A model generated the notes under the pieces. The model was not told where the DNA came from, did not search any database, and saw only the letters and a program-made list of their open reading frames with translations. Position numbers and translations under genes: made by a program. Of a DNA stretch of 64,000 nt, positions 19,001 through 27,100 are shown one piece after another (the first letter of the stretch is position 1; every line of letters begins with the position of its first letter). The stretch spans positions 96,001 through 160,000 of the forward strand of contig JAPLVR010000003.1 in the NCBI GenBank assembly GCA_026397015.1. Reading direction: 5' to 3'. The DNA is from Candidatus Iainarchaeum sp. (GTDB taxonomy: Archaea > Iainarchaeota > Iainarchaeia > Iainarchaeales > JAAZKV01).

Positions 19001-20396
19001 CCTGAACTTTTACCTCGCTGCCGACACGGAGGGAAAGTCAAATGACCCGGTTACTTTGGACTATTCGCTACCATTGAAAGAAGCTCTCACAACGGATCAA
19101 TTAGCTGCAATAAAAAACAAGACAGATGGACAATACGCTGCAATGATTAAACTCATCAACGCAATAGATAAGGCAGGGGATTTGGACAAGTACCTGATAA
19201 AAATTCCTGCAGATGCGACTGCTAATAAAACATTTTTACTCTTGGGCATGAAAGAGATAAACGGCAACTACTATATGCCGCTGAGAAATTATAGGCAAGT
19301 GCTTGAGGCCGTTGTTTCAAAAGCAGGAACTGCGTGCGCAACACCAGGCGCCGATTGCGAAATCACTGTTAAGTGTACAAACATAAGCCCTGATACAAAA
19401 ATTCTGCTCAAAAATGCGGCGATAGAGCACCTTGCAAGCGCAACCTTAATCAAGGGGGTATTGCAAAACGGCAACGGCGGTCTTTCACAAGCGGAGATTG
19501 AGAAAATATATGTTCAGAACCCCGCACTTAACGAGATTAGAAAACTGGCAAACAATGTTTTGCTCCTTACAACAATCAAGCCGACGGAAGAAAACAAGAA
19601 TAATTTTGAAATTTGGGTTGATGACCAAACTTTCAGCGACTCCATTGCGGAAAAGTTGAAAGAATTTATTTTGGAAACACCTGTCCACGAGTTAGAATTC
19701 AAAAGTGGGAATACTGCGCCTGGCAAATACGATGTTAACATGGATTACGAATACTGCAAAGGAGAATCGCCAATGGCAGTTAATGTTGGTGATAAAAAAG
19801 TTGTTGACGGCGCTGCTGAAGCGGGAAAAAATATTTTGCTGCAGACAGGATACAAAGTAAATAAAATCGAGGGAAGTTTGAGAGATTCGGAAAGCAACAC
19901 AATAGTCGCAGCCAACGGAGATTTCTACTTGAGAACTCCTGTAAAAATCACTGTTACTACTGGAATGGGCGAAAGTGGGTTCGATTACTTTTTGAAGGAC
20001 GGTCCAAAAGGTGTTCCGGACAATTTGATAACATGGCGTACTTCAAACGACGCAATATTTTCGAAGGGCAAAGGAATCGGCGGATCAAAGTTTAGAGTGG
20101 AGATAAAGGCAGGCAGCGCAACTACGTTGAAGGGAATATATTATTACCCTGACCAGGGAAGCATGATATTCGAAGGTGGAAACGCTTCAGAAAGAACAAT
20201 AAACGCAAGTGACCCAATAGGAAAAGGCAACCAGTTTGGCACATCGAATCAGGTATTACAGATCTCTGGTGATGCAACACTGGCAACTCCTTCGCTTGAA
20301 GAAGTAATAGGATACGTGAAGGGCGGCGATAAGGCGTGCATAGCAGAAGATGGAAGCTACTTATATTGGAACGAATCTGAACTTATAAAAAAATAA
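13014..20396 (+). CDS. Giant membrane-anchored surface protein, paralog 2 (~2460 aa)
   Basis: MGITDSLKDAYFKIEDKWYNFVD..IPSL plus TM; beta-sandwich repeats; GLHLRTG and GTTYTPPSGY..KWANSVW motifs; C-terminal KACI..LYWN. Confidence 0.9.
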   Translation: MGITDSLKDAYFKIEDKWYNFVDRVSEMLPIFGNAVDAVEEKGIPSLPLAIAIIILLIFGIYLVFMMGASSTLTIVVKDAGENPLADAEVTVFLNGIAQNPRSTDADGRVAIYLANGNYKIKIGKENYSPQDLDITVNGSEEKKIILLPEDTTIAKMVKLKTANGALIPGNGTVVYSCEETGESGVTTYANGEFKAAFKNPCQTIVTESVSGYDVTSGRISFSGAYDTVELEEKIVGTGKVIVNLSSNSADNPVHAGIKVMLISIDSSVLPITEPTQTETVEFLNVPTGSYKVVVSDPEGKFAEVDSSALEQPKTVSKDGVTTFNIALQKSASAEIRISILDASTSVPIMGAEVRLIKDNTTLNTEITGTTGQVTFKIVEGSVYSLQVDHPDYLRADELSVSSAKPSIQINLTRANETNARTLAVTVVDPDNLVIEGVKVFLRKTDETQVGEPKVTGADGKVEFYNLDLGQTYYVYAIKEGFEGANSSTIQITPRVENNLKVTLNIGKGIINISVMDAEKAAVVGATVTAIDYFTGKQIEKVSQQVTSASGTASFEIRADKKVYFTVEATGYMKHYTSSVYPNVGAPTEKEVVLVRETGALSAEIIGIYSGSQIVSSTDKSIAQGTYTVKAVLVVPKGSFSEAGLHLRTGKAENGKTNLMEEDSIYLGRIASSATKTVRGTTYTPPSGYDADQKNLTSGNSKWANSVWKNPSGGAYEVEAELVVTATNTGMALDLWYRAWAKGSSMLRYPSDAPQQDLYAKANRYVLSSDATNLCIASFCRSYYIETLSGGDKGKKNYITNTFEAKNDTNYALIFTLTNNTGRAIADALLNIDGKSLSIDGIEVDGKKVESPVSLGALGKDSFTSGRILFSTIKSGVATIRLLVNSSAKNEFDETVTVKVPANKKFSLSIIPAEIIPYLDNTMFFEAKDDNAMLDNAVIEIYSGKSLIGTVETNEEGIAQYELEAPSPGTTIKVVAKKEGYDKVEIEKEVDEQILTVIPPEITGTIKIGEVIGMEQEVIVENGTVKDLKITSAKFEGDMTSLLNLSFKDSIEGATIKSAGDKNFMLSIKITKAAYRLTAPQTVTGKMIIDAGVLGDDKEVIQTFTNEIPVSIRLTLPGYIESDGCLTVTPGTVEFMTGSDEVVQTVEIENGCSAEGITIPLHGLEVKLKDESKFGNVSIVGMSAAFSAVQLSAKPSVLAEFLEKSTKETLTIKFTPSKTIESGKQENVITFSAKNMPEEGVEETVEAKVNLKITMSNLAQCIKVEEPPGGVILEVAAFNMGYDRLAQTSLAPQLGAYAQTYQGFSNRSGMTNPYGMGTGTINGLQYANYGSQGASTYEQNSFVIKSTCATDVDIDLDPDSRVVVDEEKFTIGAESDHTVTVSPGYTLGRYKVKVNAKVSQTENSFQNVATVSVTVKKLGDDDDCIKVSVSKLNFNSFVQSPENYRVYNYCYDLGTALSRNPNAVSISCVAPQSPINAGYADPYFMVGQSQLYQNNYPLYGGGAGTELVDYPGIRQGTTPYYYGYGQGTPTASNYTQNSSYYDYLRPNGTCMQNNCSMVSGTRIVNRRLIEGGPNGSIEEIVFEVRPSTSYIPQRKIQNAQTGTYSPISTIMMLRNFATAADARTNIYGTINVEYTDKYASEQCKQFPVEMQDMWGLAEMLDSALGNGDPSVESADCVEPSALDIVSFFKRKDSSNTTGVIPDGKFNGKSYLHIAEPPAIKIGGAGSTSFLGMGITKSSGKCGLNDKLTNVKVGSTTSYGVSFKVESTSGSGSGFLNPGKGPNLVVEINKSGLTANCAYIEVPVTATLKRNANMKSAEVSWTLKVLVAKDGYKITSLDECQNGAAAKKKEDCLKLLAEEKTKGSSKDKKASDIIAAVVAAHSECKGLLNESDVTTPPAKEGTCKTKAKDYGFELIKTENSLVESKMVNCKEFFCNYDQLNVFLFKNYKEIDKNIQEMKGKKQICTNESNGYKLSEIYKEAKTATIFLCDKGGAIKNDLNFYLAADTEGKSNDPVTLDYSLPLKEALTTDQLAAIKNKTDGQYAAMIKLINAIDKAGDLDKYLIKIPADATANKTFLLLGMKEINGNYYMPLRNYRQVLEAVVSKAGTACATPGADCEITVKCTNISPDTKILLKNAAIEHLASATLIKGVLQNGNGGLSQAEIEKIYVQNPALNEIRKLANNVLLLTTIKPTEENKNNFEIWVDDQTFSDSIAEKLKEFILETPVHELEFKSGNTAPGKYDVNMDYEYCKGESPMAVNVGDKKVVDGAAEAGKNILLQTGYKVNKIEGSLRDSESNTIVAANGDFYLRTPVKITVTTGMGESGFDYFLKDGPKGVPDNLITWRTSNDAIFSKGKGIGGSKFRVEIKAGSATTLKGIYYYPDQGSMIFEGGNASERTINASDPIGKGNQFGTSNQVLQISGDATLATPSLEEVIGYVKGGDKACIAEDGSYLYWNESELIKK

Positions 20397-20487
20397 CAAA
20401 ATGATTTCAGAGCTGTGGCAAAAAAATAATTTTCAAAAAAATTTCAGAACAGGAATGGGCTAATTTTTATTTTTAGGAGCTGTAAAG

Positions 20488-20991
20488 ATGGACAAAAAGC
20501 CGACAATCGCCCTGCTCATATGCCTCATCTGCCTTTTCTCGGGATTCATTTACTCCTTTCAAAACCCAAGCTGGAATTTTCTTGCATCAATTCCATTGGC
20601 ATTTCTCGTGCTCGGCTTTTTTCTGATGGGCGCATTATTTTTCGGCTACCTTGCCTTTTTACCGCACATATTTTACGGGCTGGCAATCGGCACCGACAGA
20701 AACGCGGCAATATTTCTGTACATTTTTCCGATAACGGTTGCGACCTATGCGGGTGCGAAACTGGGCTTTGCACTGGAAAGCGATTTCAAGCTTGAAAAAT
20801 ATTTTTTGGAAGAGGGCAAAAGCGTTCTCGCAATGGTTGTTATTGCGGTTCTTATTGCAATTGCAATAGAAATCGCATTGCCTCAAATAATTTCCATGAT
20901 TCCGGAGGATTTTTTGGGGATGAACATAAAGGAAGGAGAAACAACACTTGGCTTCCTTGACAAGCTGGCGGGAATGGTGGGCAAACCTTAA
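20488..20991 (+). CDS. Small polytopic membrane protein (4-5 TM), weakly SpoIIM/DUF95-like
   Basis: Hydrophobic 167-aa ORF between paralogs 2 and 3; the family resemblance is weak. Confidence 0.6.
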   Translation: MDKKPTIALLICLICLFSGFIYSFQNPSWNFLASIPLAFLVLGFFLMGALFFGYLAFLPHIFYGLAIGTDRNAAIFLYIFPITVATYAGAKLGFALESDFKLEKYFLEEGKSVLAMVVIAVLIAIAIEIALPQIISMIPEDFLGMNIKEGETTLGFLDKLAGMVGKP

Positions 20992-21158
20992 CGTTCCGAA
21001 ATGAAATTCAAACGAAATTTTTTTCCTTTTAAAGAAAGATTGCTTCCAAAATTTGCGCGATTTTGGCGCAATTAGTAAAGTATATAAATGACTGTATAAT
21101 ATAGTTATGTAAGGTTTGAAATTTTTTAACTTGATGGGAAAAACGCGGTTTGGTTCTG

Positions 21159-24100
21159 ATGGAAATAGGGGAGAAACTGAGGGATTTTTACTACGCCGGG
21201 GAAGAAAAATGGTACGGCTTTCTCGACAGGTTGGATGAACACATACCGATATACAAGGTAATTGACCCGATTGACGATGTTGTGCCGAGTTTCGCATTAT
21301 TCGTTGTCCTTGCCATAATTTTACTTCTCCTGCTCGGCTTGTTCCTGGTAGGAACTGTTTTCACACAAAATATTGCAACACTCAAATTGATGGTTTCGGA
21401 TGAAGCGGGAAACGCAGTTGAAGGAGCGACAATAATATTGTCGGGGCCTGTTAGCCTTGAAAATACTTCGAATGCGTACGGCCTTCTGCCGGATGTCGCG
21501 CTGCCCCTCAATTCGACTGTAAAAATTGTCGTGTCAAAAGAAGGCGTAACGACTGTAAAAGAAATTTATATTTCCGAAATGCTGATGCAGGAAGAGATAA
21601 TCCTTCCGGTAAAAAGCATTTCATTCGAACCGAAAGCAATAAAGCTTTTGACGCCGACGGGAAGCCTTGCGACGGACCAGATAACGCTCACATTTTCGTG
21701 CTCGAATCCTGAGGCTACGCCGCCTGAAGAAGTTACCACTTCAACCGGAATTGTAAATGTGAATTCCCCTAGCGACTGCGGAACATTGCAGGCGACAATA
21801 AAATCTGACAAGTACGAAGCGGGTCCATACTCAATAACTTCTACAATTCTTTATCTGAAGGAGCTTGTGGTAAAAGGGGCAAGGGTAACGGTTAATCTGA
21901 AATACAACGGGAAACTTATAGCAGAATCAGTTCCGGTAGAGGCTTACAGGGCAAACAACATCTACTCGCCGATAGATACAGAGCGCTCATACAACGGACA
22001 GGCGATTTTCGACCTGCCGGAAGGGGGTTATTACTTCCAGTCAAAAACAACAAGCATCTACAAATCCGGCAGATCCGATACAATTCAGGCAAGTGCGGAC
22101 AAGGTTAATTCTGTTGAAATAGAATTGGACAAAAATATTGTCGGAACGATAAAGGTAAATGTTAAAAAAGACGGCTTGGTTGCAAGCGGAGTTTACGTTT
22201 CAATAAGAAAAGGAATGAGCGAAGTAAACAATGATGAAACGGATTCAAACGGAAGCGTCGCATTTGATGTGGCGGAAGAAGGGCCTTACAGGGTAATGGC
22301 GTCGCTCGACGGTTATTGCACCGCAACGGCAACGGATGTTGCAGTGGGGGCGACCGTTGATTTGGTGCTGGTCGGGAGCACGGGCACATGCGGTTCCATC
22401 TTGATTGCGCGCGTAACCGATTCGGAGGGAAGAAAAGTTCCCTACGCAAAAGTTGTTTTGTTCGGAGAAAATGATGCAGGAGTTTACAAACTCGGCTACG
22501 CGGAAAGAGTAACTGACTTCAACGGAGAGGCAAGATGGGGCACCATCCCCGATTCAACCGAAAACATAAGGGTTTTCGCTTACAAATCGTCATACAACGG
22601 TTGGAGCGAAGCGAGAGTATTCAATTCCGGAAATGCCGATATTCCGTTTGAAGTGACGCTTGAAATTCCGTACGGAACTGTAAATGTTTCGGTGAAAGAC
22701 AGGGACGGAAATCCTTTACAATATGCTACAGTTACCCTTTATGATGATTATTCGCAGGGCAATGTAATCGGAACAAGAATTGTAGAGGATGTAACTGGAG
22801 TTGTTTCGCTCAAAGTGAAGGCGGATAAAAAAGTTTATGCCGTTGTTTCAAAAGATTCTGAAGAAGCGAATGATTTGGGATACGAAACTGTCACTACAGT
22901 TCCTAAACAAGTCACCGGAAACGGAACAATTACATTCGATGTTGTGCTGCCAAGACCTCCGCAGGACAAGATAAAGGTTGACTTCCTTGGATTGTACAAG
23001 GGGGATTTGAAGGCGCTGAAAGTCGAGGCTGCGCAGGAATACGACGCGATATTTGCTGTAACGGCGCCGCTTGATTATGACAATCTCGGGTTATTTGTCA
23101 GAGTTGGAAAAGACAATGTTACGAAAACCGAGCTCGACAAATTGTACATCAAGGATGTGGAAGCGCCGCGAATCCACACAATCACAAAAGGAAGCTCATA
23201 CAACCCCCCAAAGGGAGGGGAGACGGATTCGCAATATCTGAATCTGGAGGAAAGCAAGTGGGCGCAGGTGACATGGGCGGAAGGAAGCTACAACCCCGGA
23301 AAAATAATGGTAAAAGTGAAAATAAAAATTAGAGACGGCGCCCAAATGGGAGATGATTTGGTAATCGCTTACAGGGCATTCGGGGTGCTAAGCGGAAGCT
23401 ACAACCGCGACCCTCTGGACGATGCGCTGGGAACGGCGGAGAGCAGCAGCGCGAAAAGCCCGCTCTACGCGGAATGCAGCGAAGAACTTTTGAAAGTCGG
23501 GGAAGAATCCCTCTGCGAAGTAACGGATTCGGGAAGAACTTTTTGCGTAACTTCAAATTACATTGACGCGAAAGAAAATTTTATTCATTACTTCGACACA
23601 AGCTTTGACGCGAAAAACAATGAAACCTATTATTTGGGTGTAAAAGTTTTGAACGGCTCCTCAAGGCCGCAGGACATCTACGAAAAGGCGAAAACAAAAT
23701 TCCAAAACACCGAAGAAAATGTTTATATGGAAAATTACACTTTACTTACACCGACTTCAATCAATTCGAACGGAAGCATAAACGGGTTTGAAGGCGAATG
23801 GATTGACACCTCAAATTTCGAACAGGGCACCTCAATCAACCTCAATTCGATGACATTGAAGCCGCAAAAATCCGGAACAGGAACAATACTAATGAGAATA
23901 AGGGATGGAAACGAACTAATATTTGAGAAGCCATTCGTTTTGAATATTGCCGCGACGGAAAAATTGCGCATTGAATTCATGGTGAACGGCGAATTCCAGG
24001 CAGAGATGCCGAAACTTTTGCCGGGAAAAGATGAAAATATTACTGTAAAGGTTTTCAACGCAGGAACAAATTTGGAGGTAAGCGGAGCGATAGTAAAAAT

Positions 24101-27100
24101 ATTCGACCGCTTCGGAACAAAACTTTCTGAAAAAACAACAAACACAATAGGAATCGCGACGGTAATTCTTCCGGCCGGAATGCCTGGAGAAAAAATGAAG
24201 CTCGTTGTGGAAAAAGGAGGATACGAAACGCTTGAATTCCCTTTCAATATAAGTGATGAAGTTGTCGATGTTACTCCTGCCGACCTCACATTTACTCTTA
24301 ATCCTCAGACAACCCCTGAAGAAAGCAAAACGGTAAAAATAGAAAATAAAACCGGAATCGATTTGGAGATAAGGGAAATAATACTTACCGGAAAATTCAA
24401 GGGTCTGCTCGACGAGGCAAGGATAGCGAGCTGGTTCGAAACAATGAAAGGAAAAATAATCAAAGCGCAGGACTACGAAGAAATCGACTTCAAAGTCATA
24501 ATTGCAAAAGTAATACCACAGGCGGACGATTTGGAAGGAACATTCCAGATAGTAGTGGGCAGCGAGGAAAGAGAGTGGGTAAAAGAAGTTAAGGCAAAAA
24601 TAAGGGTAGGAGTAGGAAATGACGTTGACGACCCGAATTGTTTGAGTTTAACGGCGACAAACTGGGTTGCGAGCACGGAAGGAAAAGAAATAGAGTTCAG
24701 CTTCAACATTAAAAATGACTGCCTCGTTTCCGGAAAACTCGTTCCAATAAGAAATCTCGGAGCAAGACTCGAAACCACCGGAAATAATCTCGGAGAATTT
24801 ACCGTGCAATCAAGGGCGACCGCCGTTTCACTAAGCAAAGCATACTCAAGAATTTTCAGGCCGACAGTTTCGGAAGGGGAAACAATTCCTGTGACCGTTA
24901 AATTCGCGCCGTACGCGGGAATAAACGGAACAACAAGCGGAACAATCACATTCGAAGCGCTGAACAAAACAGATTCAAAAGACCAAAAACTTGTTGCGGC
25001 ACTAAATTTCACAATAAATGTGGTAAATTTGCAGGAATGCATAGTAATAGGTGCGGACTTGATTACCGTTCCTGTTGGCGGACAGCAGGGATTCTCAATC
25101 GCAAACAACTGCCCGGACAAAGTCGACATACAGGTTCAAACGGATTTGCAGGTTTCACAGGACAAATTCTCAATTGCAACCGGTGGCAGCGAAGAAGTAG
25201 TAGTATCGAGAACGGAAGGGGATGTTCCGGGAGCGTACAACATACTGGTTTACGGGAGGCAAAAAGGAATGCCTCTCAGATTAATCGGAAATGTAAAGGC
25301 GATACTCGAAGCGGAAGGCTGCTTCCAGCTGTCAAGATACGAATACGATGTTTATGATTCTCCTTTCAATGACAAAAAAGGAACTGCCGACGGAATCGAC
25401 AGGGGCTTTTTGAAAAATGTGTGCACACAAAAATCTGTTTCGGTGGAAATAAGCGGCACCGAACCGGTAAACTGGAAAAAGATTTTGCTTGATGCGCTGA
25501 TTGGCGGAATTTCCGGGTACACGAAAGGTGGAATCTGGGGCGACAACAACAATTGGCCGCACAAAGACAATCCCGATGTGTCAAAAAACATTAACGATGA
25601 TTTCAAAGAACTTGCAGGAATGAGAAGTACTGCTGCAACAAACCTCACACAGCCAATTAAACAAAATTTTGCAGAAATAACAACTGCAAAAGATAACATG
25701 ATAACCCAACTTAAGAGTGAAGAAACCGCCTGCAACACAAGAGCTGATGCGAGTGCAAAGGAATATTGTATAAGTAATTGTCCTGCAGAAACAGCAGCCA
25801 GTGCTCTTACTGACTGCCAAAAAGAAGTAGGCACACAGCTACAATCATTTTGCGAGAAAACATATGATGGTGCAATGAAGGACATAAAAAAATATTACGA
25901 TCCATTAGCCAAGGTTCAAAGCGAGGGAGATAAAGACTTCCAGAAAACTGTTAAAGCCGAGGCAACTGCAGATGCTACATTGAAAAAAGATTTGCAAGCA
26001 AAGGCAACAAAAGGAGTAAGCAACGAAGAAGTCGAAAAAGCCATAAAGGATAGAAGGGACAAAATTGAAAAAGAATTGAACGACAAAGCAAAAGAAATTA
26101 CTGATGAATATAACAAACAAAGACAGGAAACTGTTAATGGACTCAAAGAAGTTCAACAAAAACTAATCAACCTGCGAGATACTGGCCAGGAAGTCAGTGT
26201 TAATGCGCCTGCAGGATGCAAAGGAAGTGTTACATTATACCTTGCTGCTGAAAACACTGCCCCAAAAATAGCGCCTTCAGTCAAAACAAGCATAACAATT
26301 AAAATGCTAACTAATATTGGGATTCAGGGCAAAAATAAAATTGACAACACTGTTATTCCAGATAATCCTGTAATATTTACAAAACAAACACTTTCTCCTA
26401 ACATGAAATTAAACACTAGCGCATCCGACGCCAAAAGCGCCACTAGCACATCCAAAGCCTACAGCAGCACTAGCACATCCAACGCCAAAAGCGCCACTAC
26501 CGAAACCAAAGCCTATGGCGGCAATCCAAAAGGTGCTGAATTCATCCTCGCAACTTCAACGGGTACAATAAATCCGGTGACAACCTTAGCCAATGCCGCA
26601 AGCACTGTTAATAGCGTAACCAGTGCGACGACTTCACAGCCTTACAATAGTTTCGGCGGAGTCGGGAACCCGGGTTTCGCTAATAATTATTACGGTTCAG
26701 GAACGAACCAGGACGTTGGAAGCACGAGCATGTGCGGCGGCTCATCGGCAGACAGAACATCATCATTTATGGACAAAGCAGGCGGGGTAATAACCGATTG
26801 GGGGATCGGGTTGATGGGAGGCAATGCGATTTTCGGAGCATTGCTTGCAGGATTATTTTCATGGTTCCAGCAGTCCGACCAGGATGTTTGTTACACAAAA
26901 ACATTCGCTGTTCCTTTGGTTGAAATAACTGACGTAGCACTTTCAGCTCCTGACGGAAAGAGCGGAGTAAAGGGAATAAGCATGAGCGTTGGAGACCCGA
27001 CTTTTGATTATGATTCAAGTGTTCAGCCAAATACGCTGGGAACGGGATCACAGGGCGGAACATCAATGGGCGGCGCGGGATACTTCTACAATCCACAAAC

